Origin: Paraspadella gotoi
Taxonomy: Eukaryota; Animalia; Chaetognatha
Direction: 5' to 3'
Assembly: GCA_051294375.1 (NCBI GenBank)
Contig: CM119270.1
Coordinates: forward strand, 16,204,019-16,268,018
DNA length: 64,000 nucleotides
Shown here one piece after another: positions 50,539-64,000 of the stretch. Position 1 is the first letter of the stretch, and each line of letters begins with the position of its first letter. The notes beneath the pieces were generated by a model, which did no database searches, was not told the origin of the DNA, and saw only the letters and a list, made by a program, of their open reading frames with translations. The position numbers and the translations under genes were made by a program.

Positions 50539-51711
50539 AGGGAGAGGGTAGAGAGCGAGAGAGCGGTAAGAGAGAGAGAGACGAGAGAGAGAGGAGAGAG
50601 AGAGAGAGAGAGAGAGAGGAGAAGAGAGAGAGATGGAGCATGGGAGATTAGCAACCAAAACATAACTGTTAAGTTTAGTAAGATTCATGCGGCGCAACAA
50701 ATGAATAAGTGTATGTATGAATGCAATAAAATCTATAAAAATATTAAATCGAGGCGGGAAAAAGAATAAAAAATAAAATAAAAACCAAAATGTTTTTTAA
50801 AAAATCGGAAGAAAAGATGAATTTTTTTTTTTTTTTTTGCAAACACCAGCCGCCTCTCCACTCTGCACGCCGACCCACTCAAATCCTTCTTCAAAAGTCT
50901 ACCACTCAGCCACACCTCCCAACGCTCATCTTCACACCCTCAACCGGCCGGTCCCGAAACCGCGGTCGCCTCTCGGTCTCGATCCAGCGCTCGTTTTCTT
51001 CTCCTCGTCTCAACGGAGAAAAAAAAAAGAGGCAAAAACAAAGAAAGAAAGAAAGAGAAAGAAAAAAGATAAACGGTGGAGGGTTGATGATGCTTTTGCT
51101 CATTTCTTTCTGCGACGGAACCATTGACTCCGACCTCCTTGCTTTAGTCGGTCCGTCAGTCTCACCCACGTTTCTTGGCGCGGTGGACCCCATTTGTAAT
51201 GTAAAAATGTTTCGTGTTAGAAATTCGGTTACATGGAATAGTCCGTAGAAAAATAGTGCAAGGCTCATTGAGAACGTCCACCTTAATCCGATGAGGTCCG
51301 TCAAGGGACTTGAACGGATCCGGAAGTTTTTGATGGACGTGAACTGCCACTAAAAAGTAATAAAAGAATTTTTGTTCAAACTACTCAAAATTAAAGTTTA
51401 AAAATTTTAAACTTTAAAAAAAAAATCTAAATCAAATAAGTTTGTCAATGATAATAAAAAGCAATCCGCGAAACAAAAGCCTGTATATACAACTTTTTAG
51501 TATCTGCCCATCTGCCCTCCGCCAGACGCCTGACCCCCGCGCCGACAATGACGCGCCGCTCCTCAAGGTCCCCACGACCACATAACCAAACATTTTCCGC
51601 CCTGGCGACATATGGATCCACGCCCCAAAAAAAAGGGGACGAAAAAAACAAAGAGAAGGAAAACTGATGAATTTGTCGGTTAATGGGTCGGGGAGAACAC
51701 GAAAAGAGGAG

Positions 51712-51809
<98 letters not shown>

Positions 51810-52359
51810 GAAAGGTTTCTGGGGCGATGTCTCGAAGGAAAGAGAATAAACTTTAGTTTCAGTTTAACTTTACTAACAATCAAAAGCCTTGAATGAGTTC
51901 AGTCAAATGACATTAGGTTTTATTTATATTTATTTATAAATATTTATTTTCAAAGTAAACCTTGCTTCTTCTCGGCTTGGAGATGATAAAGTTTTTTTTT
52001 GCTTTTTCAACTTATATTTTATAGATAAATTTCAAACTAATGGTTAAGATATCGAAAATACATTAAAACGTTCTTATCTTTTATCATCAATAGTTTAATC
52101 TAATTCATGCATAAACGACTCAACGTCCATTTTCTCCTCGAGACAAAAAGATGAAACAGAACGAAACAGAACAGAAAACAGAACGAAAACAACGAATATC
52201 AAGAACGAAACGATAGGGAAACAGAACGTAACAGAAACGAAACAGAACAAAAGAACGAATCCAGAACAAAACAGTACGAAACAGAACTCAAACACAAAAA
52301 AAGAAACCTAAATTAGAACTTTTGAAATTAATTAACGGGAAAAGTTTCTCCTCTCTTCT

Positions 52360-52397
<38 letters not shown>

Positions 52398-54344
52398 TCC
52401 CTCTCTCTCCCCGCCCCTCCCACCCACGCGCGTTAAAAACCAGTCACGTGACCTCCGCCTCCGTTTTGGTTCCGCAGTCGAATTACGAATAGAACAGCGA
52501 CTCATGTAACGACTTTCTGGTTTCGAGGGTGGAGACGGGACGAGAACGACGACGACGACGACGACGACGAGGATGATGACGATGACGGACGCGACGAGGA
52601 ATTGATGAAACGGCAGCGGACGATGAGATCGGTCGGCGGCTTCATAGACGCAGGACGCGAAACGACGAAGAAAATTGACAAAAAAACGAATAATATGTCA
52701 AATATGTTTTCGTCAAACCTAGGACGACAACGAAACAACGACGACAACGACAACAACGGGACAATCGGAGACAAGGAAACGACGGTTACCTTATTTTTTT
52801 AACGCCAAATCGTTGGCCCGAATTACGAGAAAAAGGAAAATCGTGGATTGAGCTCAAAACCACGAGAGTTAATCTAATTTTAAAGTCGAGAAAGATTTTT
52901 CGAGTCCACTCTGCTTTCGGCTAAAGTTATTTTTTTTTTTTCGGCGAAGTGGGAGAGTAGGGTAGGGGAGATAGGGAGGTTAGGGGGAAAGCCGGACGAA
53001 AGGGAAGTAAAAGTTTTAGTTCAGATCTACGTGGAATCAATGGCAGGGGCAGGGTGGAGTTTGGAATTTTGTTGGTCGTTTGTCGAGACTGAGGTGAGTT
53101 AAAACTATTAATTATGAAAATAGTTTAAATGAAAATACGTTTGTCTCTGTAGGTATGGCTGGGGTGAGTGGGAGGGGAGAGGGGGGCGTCATTGAAGAAC
53201 GAGACTCACGCGTTTTCGATTCGTACGTGCGTTCGCGCGGGATGAATCTTGACGAAAAAGGAAACGAAAGAAAAAAAGACGTAAAAGAATTAAGGAAGAA
53301 AACAAAAACACAAACAGATAGAAACGGAAAAAACAAAGGAAACACGAAAAGTATAATATTTAAACGTTTTTACTATAAGAAATGAACTTTTGTGTTACAA
53401 AGCGATTTTAGGCAATTCGAAGCGAAGAAACCATTATGAATTAATAATGTTCTGTTCGGCTAACAGCGTTTAAATAGTAAGTTTTAATTCAAGATAGAAC
53501 AGTGAATGTGAAAAGAAAAGGAAGAAAGACAAGTCGGAGTTCGATACGATTAGAGAGAGAGAGATGTCCAGGGGGCAAAGAAATAAATACGCATTCACGG
53601 TCATTTATCATTTGGTACCTGATTCCGTCTTCCACCTCGGGAAGAGGATCTGCCTTTCTCCTCACGTCAAACTGATCAGCTGCCCCACTCGTCCACTCTG
53701 CCCGTTTCGCGCGTCAAAACCACAGTCCACGCTTTCACCGAATCGTCCGTCACACAGCGCTCGCAACCTGCAAAATGATCGTACGTCCTGTCACTTAAAG
53801 ATTTCAGAGTCGCTTCGTCGCTAGTTTTTTTCTGGTTGGGAAAAATGTGAAAACAGCGACGTCATCGTTTCGCTTTTGGGCAAAATCAAGTCGTCAAATA
53901 AACTGTTTTTTCTTTGTTCATTTACTTGACCCTACTCACTTCCCGACTAACTTACCCGACTGCCCGACCACTAGCCGAAACAACTTACCGACTGCCGACG
54001 CCTTCTCTCCCTACGACCGCCGCCAGACGTCGTCTCTCACTAAGGAGATTAAGGGCGTCTTTCCTTCCTCAGTTCCAAAGTGGATTTGAACGGCCGAGGA
54101 GGAAACGTCCGGTATTTCCTTTTTTCCCGGCCTCCCTTTTACGACGCTCCTCGTCTGACGACACCCTCTTCCGGCAAACTCCGACACTCTGGCTAACTCA
54201 ATCCTCTTTGATAATTTTCTTAACAATGGGCCAATTCTACCGCTTTACCCATACCCTGTAGTTAATATTTTATTAAATTATAACATTTACATTTAACGAA
54301 GAATTTGCTTTCTCTTCTCTTTCTTTCTCTCCTCTCTCTCTTCT

Positions 54345-54375
<31 letters not shown>

Positions 54376-55524
54376 ATCTTCTCATCTCCATTCTCTCTCT
54401 CTCTCTCTCTCTCTCTCCAGTCAATCCCCGTTTGATCAGTAACCGAAGCCTTAATTTAAACGCTAAAAAGGAGGACAAGCACCTGAAGAAAGGATAATCG
54501 GAGGGTTGAGGTGGGAGTGGGGGGGAGAAGGGTGGTAGGGTGGGGGGGCGAGAAATTAAGGCAGTCAGAGTAAGCGGGTCCGTCTGGGTTAAACAATGCT
54601 GAGTAAGGTCGACATTGAGGAAGAACAAGCGGATAAAATATCGAGCGGGTTGTGGCAGTAATTAAAATTCGGCATCAAGGAATATATAAATTGATATTGA
54701 TATGAAACTAAATGATTAGTGGTAAGATTGAATGGCTAGAATCGTACGTAAGTTGAGGTTACAGCTGATAACAAACGCCACGGTAAAGTAATCTTAAAGA
54801 GAAAGAGAAAAAAAGAGGGGCCACTGTGGAAATGATAATTGATTAGAGACGAAGTCAGCAACAATTTGGACTGAAATTTGATGACGGCAGCTGGAAAGTG
54901 AGGAGAGGGGAGAAAAAGGTAAGGGAAAGAAGTGGAAAGAGAAAAGGGTGGGGCGAAGCGGAAAGGGAGAAGGGGAAGGGAGAAGGGAGAAGGAGAAGGG
55001 AGAAGGGGAAGGTTAAGAAGAGGAGAACGAAGGGTTGGACGGAGTAGAAGTGGAGGACATCAGAAAATGAAAAATGAATGGAAAGAATTTTTAATAATTG
55101 TAAATTGTTATTTGGAAAAATCGTTAAGATTCAAAGTGAGAGTGAATAAATGACGTAATTGGTTTTCTATACACAGACAAGTTATCTTGGTAATTGTGTA
55201 AACTTGAATGTTATCTTGTAACGTATTATAAATGTATAGAGCGGCAAAAAATTATCGACGTCATAGCATCAAAGGATTCGGTGTTTCTCGGCGTTGGCAG
55301 AGACGTCGTTGCCCCTTGCGTCAGCGGCGGCGGCGTCAGGCAGAGGCGTGAACGGCGGAGGCGGCGGAGGCGGGGAGGTGGCGGGTGCGGCGGCGCGGCA
55401 TCGTCTCCAGCCGCGCGGCGGAAATACCTCAACCTGAAAACCCATAACCTTCATTCCGGCGAAAAATTGAATTAAAGAAGCCGGAGAGGGAAGAATGGAC
55501 AGGTCGACGGGAGAGAGAGAGAGA

Positions 55525-55599
<75 letters not shown>

Positions 55600-55658
55600 A
55601 GAGAGAAGAGTTGCCAAGTCAGCAGAAAACAGAAAGGGCTCGAAGAAAAGAAAGGAGC

Positions 55659-55753
<95 letters not shown>

Positions 55754-56294
55754 ATCTTCATTTGCATCGTTTCTCGTGTTTTACAGTGATTTTGCTTAAA
55801 AAATACATGAGTGAGGAAAGAATAAATTAATGGCGAAAGTTTTTACAATACATAATAAAACAATATCGTGACCAAGATGAACGCGAGACTTGTTTATTTA
55901 ACATCGGTTTATTTAGCTTATATATTTAAATACTTACAATTCAAAAGTCTTCTGTATAAAAATGTTGTGTAACCAATAAGAACGGTTACTATTTTTCCTT
56001 GTGTTATTTTAATCTAAATCAGTATGTATAGCAATTCATGGAAAACGTATTGATTAAGCCTAACGTGAACATGAACAAACTAAGAAATAAGGATGAGGAG
56101 GAAGAAAAGAGAACAAACGTTGCGACGACGACGACGACGACAACGACGACGACGCCAATGACGACGATTCCCGGGAAGCGCTCTTCACAAATCGCGCGTA
56201 ATTCGCGAGTTTCTTGCTTCAGCTCGAATGGGATTTTTCTCCCCGGGCGAGCGCGTGCTCTTTCGCGCGTGCGAGAGAGAGAGAGAGACGAGAG

Positions 56295-56336
<42 letters not shown>

Positions 56337-59300
56337 TTCCGTGCGCGAGACGCTCCAGCTACCTCCGGATGAATCGGTCTTTCCTCGCGCGGCTTCTAAC
56401 CTATGTAATCACGTGTGGTAGCGCGAGCTCGGTGCGCGTTCTCAGCACGTGCGAGGCGCTCTCGTCTCTCTCTTCTCTCTCTCTCTCTCTCTCTCTCCTC
56501 TCTCTCTTTCTCTCTCTCTCTTTCTTCTCTCTCACATTGATTCGCACGCGCGTCGCCTTCGTCGATCTCTCCTCCACTTTCTTTTTTTCTCCCTCTCCTT
56601 CTCCTAACTTCCTCCCTCCCTCTTCCTCCCGTTTTCTCCGTGCGCGCGAGAGAGAGAGAAGAGAGAAGGCAATTTGGACTCTCGAAAGAAGACGTGCGCG
56701 GAATAAACGAATGCGCAAAAAGTCTCAACGACAACAATGAACAACGATCGAAGTTAAATCGAAGGAAAAGGAAACGAGCAGCGCGTTAACGCGGTTGGGT
56801 GTGGAGGTGACAATTTGTTGAGTTTTCCTTTTTTTAATTCAAGATAAAATTTAACATAAATAGAAAAGGGTACAAAATTTAAATCAAGAGAATCAATTTA
56901 TCAGGAAATAAGGCAGAGATGAGAAGCATAAAATAATAATAAAGCATCAGAGTGTCAAGTGAAATTAAACAAGTAAATTTTGTTTTAAAAAATAAGTTCT
57001 AAACGAAGAACACAAAATAAAATTTGAAAAGAACGAAAAATTTAAAGATATGCATCTTTTCGGAACGACAACTTTTTGTCGATGACTTTGAATTGACGAG
57101 ACTCATATTTTAAACTCGTTCATTCTCGTCCAATTCCTAATGAAGATATATTAATTATTATTTCGCAATAAATACAATCGATCGAAATTATTAAATACAA
57201 ATCGATCACCTGTTGGAATAAAACGGCGTGAGATTTTCTCTTTAGCTCCTGTTCTTTCAAATGGCGGACAAGTTTGAGAACAAATGTTTTTCGTGATTTC
57301 GTCGACGATCGTGAGTTGTCGCGAATTTCACGACGCCTGTGAGGATCGCACGGACGGGAATCGCGGAAAAGAATGAACTGACGATAACGATAACGACGTG
57401 AACCACAAACAGCATAAAATTATTTTGAATTTTTTCTCGAATCGCCGATTTCGTTTTAACTTTTATTCGTCACTGACAATTTCATTCCGATCGTCATCCA
57501 CAATCCAAATCTCGTTCGAATATATACATTATAAATATAGCATATATTATAACAATCATCCACTTAGCCTCGATTCGCGCATTAACTTGAACCATTTTGA
57601 ACTATACCCTGTTAAACTAAGCCATCGAGCTCATCCGTTAACTGACCAAATCGACGTCCGAACGCCGAAACGACTGAGAAATTCCGCGGGCGTCTTCATC
57701 AGAGTCGAGATTTCGCCAAGGATTTGACCCTTCAGATAATTTGCCGATCACCCACCTATCAAGTCAAGGGGAAGAGGTAGGGGAAATGAGGAGAAAGAAG
57801 GCGAGGAAAGAGGAAGAGAACGAGGAAAGTGGAGAGAAGAGGAAAGAGGAGAAGGCAAGGAAGAAGAGAGGAAAGAGGAGAGAACGAGGAAAGGGGAAAG
57901 AGGAAGAGAACGAGGAAAAGAGGAAGGAACGAGAAGTGGAAGAAGGCAAGGAAAGAAGGGGCAAGGAAGAAGGGAAGGAAAGGAAGAGAACGATGAAAGT
58001 TGCAAGAAACGAGGAAAGAGGAAGAGACGAGGAAAGAAAAAAAGGAGAAGACGAACGAGGAAAGATGAAAGGAGAAAACAAAAAGGAAAAAGAAGGAGAA
58101 AAAGATGCAGATAATAAGGAAAAAAGACATACAACAACAACACAACAACAAAACAACAACACAACAACAACAAACCAAAAACAAACCCCAAACCCAACAA
58201 AACAAACAACCAAAAAACAACAACAACAACAACAGGACGAGAAAACAGGAACAAAGCATAAAAAAGTAAAAGCGAAGCAAAGAAGTAAAAAAAGAGGAAA
58301 GAAGACGAGGAAGAAAGATGAGACGAGGAACGAGGAAAAAGTTAGCGGAAGACGAGACAGGAGGAAAAATACGAGGTTGCGTTTAGAAATAATATTTTAT
58401 TAATTCATATATTAATTTTATGTACATAAAAGATAAAATCCATGTTCCGTCGCCCCAAAAAATAATATTCATTTTTGTTTTTATCAAAATCTATCTCACT
58501 TGCCTTCTGTCCATTCGATCCTTTCCTTTCCCCGTGCAGCTCTTTATACGTGACATCTCTCCACTCCGAATGAAAGCCAAGAACGGAACAAACGGCGCCC
58601 CTCCTTACCACACGGTGTTAGCCGGAAAGGACACCCACTCACAGAGGGAGGCCAGCTTGTCACTGATTAAAAGAGGTCAAGTGCGAAGGACTTCAATTGG
58701 TTTCTTTTCTATTCTTTGTTTTTTAGAAATCGTTAAGAACTTACTTATACTCACGACTAAACTTACCCGGTTGTTTTGGGCACATCTGGTAAGATTCGCA
58801 GGACTGAACGAGATTCTTTTGGCCGCGCGTTCCACGTTGGATAATCTGATTTAGATTTTTTGTATGTCTAATATATAAATAATTAATTGTACGAACATAC
58901 TTTAATTTAGGTATAATTTTTTTCCTAGGGTAACGCGACCTGCTCTTGCACGCTGGCAAAGTCCGATGTAGTGATCTTGAGGAATCACAATTGGTTCGTT
59001 TGTGACAACGGAGAGAATTCCGTCGAATTGGCAGCGCGTCCTCCGAGACGAGTCAATGAGCCGAAGCAGTCGCCGACTCGGAGCTAGCCTGGGTAAGTAT
59101 GTGGATAAGGTGCTAAGTGGGCTGAAGAGGACTATCCGTACTTCTTTTTACTGCCTCTAGCAGCCATGAACGGGTCCTGGGCTTGGAACCAGGCTTGAGA
59201 GTTTTCCGACGCCCAAGGCAGGTTGGGATAGAACCGTTACCGTGTGTTCATGAGCTGATGGCTTTAATCAATGACCACCGGGTCACGACTGAAGGTGTCA

Positions 59301-61594
59301 CGGATTATAATGCTATGCCACGAACTAAAAAGATTTGCATTAAATAAAATAATAGACTATGCAACAGCCGGGTTGCTGTGATGCCCATTGGGGATGGGGC
59401 ATCTCTCACTGTTGCTTTGGGGCTTCCGGACCCTCAGTGACGCCTCCAGTCACTGGCGCGGTTACCCTAAGAGGGAAGTCCATTAGACTGAGGATGAGAA
59501 CACTACGCCCTGGGATGGTGTGTTTCCCCCTCTGAGCCAAGAATGGATTTGGGCTTTAGGTGGTGGACGTGAGGCGGTGTAATATACCACCACAGACGCA
59601 TAATTAAATAAATATGCATTTTCTGCCAAAAATTTGCGTCAAATCTGTCGTGTTTATTACATAGTAGAATTTGCGATCATGACATGATTAAACTTCTAAG
59701 CTTATTTGGATACGATGGGTAGTTTAAAAGGCTACAACTTTTCCTCAATCAAATTTTTAAAGTCAATTGCATTTTTTAAATATTTTAACTCTATATCTTT
59801 TTTCGTCACGATATATTGGGATTATAATTTGATTTTTCCATTAGCCCCGCTTTCCGCTCGCTCCTAAGGGACCAACGCATTTCAATTGATGATTGTTTGA
59901 TAAAATAATTTATTTTCCCCTCACCAACTACTTCCGACGGTTCTGGCGTTCGGAGCCTCGATTCGTGGAGAATTAGTTTAGCGTCTTTACGAATGGAATC
60001 GCGTAAGGAGTCACAGATCCTGAAAAATGTAGAGGGACACTTGATTTTCTCTCTCTCTCTCTCGTCTCTCATCTCTCTCTTCTCTCCTCTCCCGTCTACT
60101 CTCTCTCTCTCTCCTCCTTTCTCTATTCAAAGTTATAAATTCACTATTCGACCTGCAGTCAATTCGACTAAGTACTCTGAGAATGATATGGAATCCCGGT
60201 CGTGCAAAATATGGTGATGTCCGCTCTTGCCATTCGTCGATCTGAGCCACGACGCACATTCCTCAAAAACCCGCTGGAGACACCCTGGTGTCATAAAAAG
60301 ATAAAAGACGCCCTAATTGTCCTTGACTCATGACTGTTGTGGCTAAAGACGTAAAATTTAAAATACTTAAGCTGTTAGTGTTTTCACGCTTTAACGCTTT
60401 TTTTTAAAGTGAAATATGCCTCACATTTTTTATTTATTAATAACAAAACGATATTAACTACAATCGTTAAATACAGACAGCACGGTTTCATTAAAGATGT
60501 AACATTTAATTAAGCGAAAAGGTCAATGTTTATGAAGGATGAGAACGAAGCTCTTCAATGCATTCTGATAATTTTAAATAAATAATAATATTGCCGTCAG
60601 AATTTAATTGTCGAACAGTTTATATTATGCAACAAAAACGCGTAAGTAAATGTTTTCTTAAAATTGTTCTAATTTTCTAAAACGACATTTATTTTTATTT
60701 GTATTTAATCAAAAAAATCATTTCTTTACCATATGCAATAAGATTATGGTTTTTAAAACGAGACTAGTAACCTGCTTGGTGAGGTGAACAAAAATTACCC
60801 ATTCTGCTTGGCGAGGATAACAAGACTTACCTACCTGCTTGTTTTGAGGATGAACCAAATTACCGAACCTGCTTGGTGAGGATGACAAGAGTTACCGCCC
60901 TGCTTGGTGAGGATGGAAAGAGTTTACGTCCCTCGTGAATTTCGTCGACGTCGGCCCGCCGTTCGTTCGAATCGCATTTTTGAAGAATCCTTTTGATTCC
61001 CTTACAACTTTTGTTCTCTGAGTCTCACTGGGGTCGATGTGCTTCTGCTGTTGTGAAGCAAAGGGAGCCAGTCTCTGGAAAGGAATTTGAAATTATATTT
61101 CGGTCGAAACCAGGGTATGTAAATGACAATGTAAATTTAAAACTTCAGCGTTTCAAAAACGGTTACTGTCCGTAAAATAAACCGTATATTTTTATATACG
61201 GTTTTTAAAAAGAATAATGTTGAAATTGTTTCGACGAAAACAAACTAACGCGTCTGTACAAACAAATTATCTGCACGTTATTCGGATCATTAATCAAATC
61301 ATAATGTTTCTCATTTGTTTCTTCTGTGACATTAGGGTTATTTTCTTTGCTTATAAAACTCTCTTTCGATCAAACTCTTTAAATTACTGGAATTCGTTAT
61401 CCTAAAAAATACTCTAACCAATGACATCCCTCACCCTGGGTCCCGCCTCACTGATGTTGTGAGTGGACGACTCTCTTCTTTGGCGGGAGAATCGGGGGAA
61501 ATCGCGAGGGGTGAGTCACGTGACCAGGGTCGCGCTGAGAGTTGGGTGAGGTCGTCAACCGCCTAAGGAGGTGGAGGTAGGTAGGTGTCAAGAG

Positions 61595-61669
<75 letters not shown>

Positions 61670-63132
61670 GACCTAACGGACACTTACCAAAGGTACAGGG
61701 GCAGGGCGGAAGAGAGAGTGAATTTTCTGATCCGATTTGCATCGAGTTTTCTTCTTCGTTAAATCGCTCGATGCGTCTACAGACAAAAACCACCAAATTT
61801 GATTTACAAGGGGTTTTGCATCTTTCTATATCCTTTCTCTCTTTGTCTCTCTCCAAACTTTTTTTGTCATCTCCTCTCTCTCTCTCTCCTTACTTTTATC
61901 CTTGTTCTTCACTTTACCTCATCAAATCATCCTTTCTGACGTTGGTTGGTTCGTCGAGGCAACGAAGAGTCCGGCGAACGATGCGCTCCCGTAGTGACGC
62001 ATGAAAGAACTGACGCCCACAAATGTGAGGATGAGGTGAAAATGTTATTTTCATGTGGTGAGAATGGTCGTGAATAGAGGAGATGAAAAGGAAACTAGAG
62101 TCACATTTAGGTCTGGGTGCGGATAAAACAATGGAAGGAAAAAAAAGAAAAAAAAAGATAAGACAAAGTAATTACAAGATAAGATTAAGATAAGGAAAGT
62201 TAAAGTAAAGATGCATATTAGATCCGAGTTGCTTTGAATGATAGGATTAAATGTGGTACAGATCTTTTCACTTCTTCACCTCATTACCTTATGGAGCCTC
62301 CCCTCCCCCTCTCTTCATTCTTCCTCACCCTGCTCCGCCAAATCCACTTCAGTCTTTGTAGTGCGACGTGAAAAGTCTCTTTCTTTCCTACGATTTTGTC
62401 GTCGTTATGTCTTTCGGCAGTCGCTAGGCACGGACACCGATTCCCGCCATTTTGTCCGCCATTTGGCTATTTGGGATTCCACAGTGCAGTTAAGAATGTA
62501 TTTTTTTCATAAAAGGTTTTTTTTTTTCCTTTTTTTCCTTGTTGTAGTCCTCAGATACACTAATTTGAAAGTCGTATCCTAATATAATCGTAAATTACAT
62601 TTTATTAAATGAATGGATAAATTTTATATTGGTTGTACCAATTTCATGAAGCTAGTTGCCGTAGTTGGTTGGTATGTGTTCTTAAAATTGAGACTAATAT
62701 AAAATAATTAAAATTACATTTGTGCCACGAAAACAATTTTATTATTGAGAGTTCCTCTTTGCAAGCCGAGCGAATTTGTTTAGAGTTGATGTTCTTTTTG
62801 GTTACTATGGAAAAATAGCAACGTAGTCATTCAAATAGTTCCTGAACAGACGTTAGGCCTTCCTTAGTAATCCTTTACTCGCGGAGGTTAAAATCAAAAG
62901 AGGCAACTCCTGCAAACCTTGCTGTTAAAAGTCAAACGAGATATAATTGGGAAAACTATTTTAGGACTATCAGTATCTGTGTTACATTTATGCATTATTG
63001 GAAATTAAGAAACTTTCAAAGTAAAAAAAATTTATATTTATCATTTTGATGACACAATGAAAGAAATTATAAAAGTATGCAATGCATTTCACAAAACAAG
63101 CCTTTAGAATAACACATCACTACTGTTAATAA
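50180..63132 (-). repeat. About 13-kb inverted, indel-rich copy of 36879-50052 (includes a frameshifted CNBD1 copy at about 57050-62465)
   Basis: Colinear reverse complement, e.g. 63110-63132 = rc of 36879-36901; 62440-62465 = rc of the CNBD1 start; 50180-50300 = rc of about 49925-50052. No Ns and pervasive 1-bp indels. Confidence 0.95.
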
Positions 63133-63157
63133 NNNNNNNNNNNNNNNNNNNNNNNNN

Positions 63158-64000
63158 CGCGGTCTCCTCCTTTTCCTCCTCCTCCTCCTCCTGCTCCTCC
63201 TCCTCCTTTTCCTCTTCTTCCTTGATATCCTCATTAGTCTCAAGTTTTTAAATAGATGAGAAAGTTTTTTTTTGCGAAACAATACGGGGGCGGAGCAGCG
63301 GCGGCTTGAGCCGAGCGCGGGCTGATAGATGAGTCGCAGTTATGTATGATAAGCCAAAACCCACCTCGGGCACGAAGCCTCACCCTAAACTAAAAAACGC
63401 CCCGACGAACACAGAGAGAGAGGGAGAGAGAGAGGAGAGGATGAGAGAAGAGAGAGGGGGCGGAGGAGTCTTGTTTCGCAAAAAAAAACTTTCTCATCTA
63501 TTTAAAAACTTGAAGACTTAAAATGAGGATATCAAGGTAAGAAGAGGAAAAGGAGGAGGAGAGCAGGAGGAGGAGGAGGAGGAAAGGAGGAGACCGGCGG
63601 AAATGAGTACAGAAAAGGGACAGAAAAGACTATCAAAGAAAAAAAGACAAAGAAAGAAAGAAAGAAGAAAAGAAGAAGAAAGAAAGAAAGAAGAAAAAGA
63701 AAGAAGAAGAAAGAAAGAAAGAAAGAAAGAAAAAAAAAAAGAGACAAATTAGATAGGAGGAATTAGGAAACCGCGATCTCCTCCATTACCTCTTCCTCTT
63801 CCTCTTCTTTTCTTCTTCCCTTTTCTTCTTCCTTCTCCTCCTCCTCCTCCTTCACTCTGAGGACCGGAAAAAAGAGGAAAGGAAGAGAGATGAAAAATCC
63901 CGATACATCAAAGGGATTTTGCCATTAGAGGAATGTAATATCACTAACTCGACACATCTGTTGAAATTTTTTTGTGAGAGGAAAGAGAGAGAGGAGGAGG
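63158..64000. repeat. Short fold-back followed by another copy of the 50053-50450 sequence
   Basis: 63158-63283 is the reverse complement of about 63470-63600; 63601-64000 (AAATGAGTACAGAAA..) directly repeats 50053-50450. Confidence 0.88.

Noticed and set aside
57050-62465. CNBD1 paralogue or pseudogene on the minus strand
   Set aside because: Part of a colinear mirror including introns and flanks, with indel-dominated differences typical of raw long-read error.

Overview
Eukaryotic (animal-like) draft genomic scaffold: AT-rich, small GT-AG introns, abundant (AG)n/(GAC)n microsatellites and N gaps. Accurate gapped sequence alternates with indel-rich, gap-free sequence. Best-supported genes: (1) a complete 13-exon CNBD1-like cyclic-nucleotide-binding-domain gene (+, 37559-42942); (2) a 5-exon three-LIM-domain gene (-, 28593-19298) nested antisense inside (3) a Cys-rich, probably GPI-anchored protein gene (+, ~16184-36470). 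About a third of the window is noisy reverse-complement copy of adjacent sequence (50180-63132 mirrors 36879-50052; 22800-27691 mirrors 16576-20420; smaller fold-backs at both ends), most likely long-read fold-back/gap-fill artefacts. The most unusual signal is in CNBD1 intron 7: a tRNA-derived (Pol III A/B box) head fused to a twister-ribozyme-like core, with a second twister-like core about 250 bp upstream; both are incomplete. Also noted: a tandemly amplified exon/donor junction, RFX X-box-like motifs, and 69-bp and 51-bp minisatellites with frame-preserving units. All calls are by eye; no searches were run.
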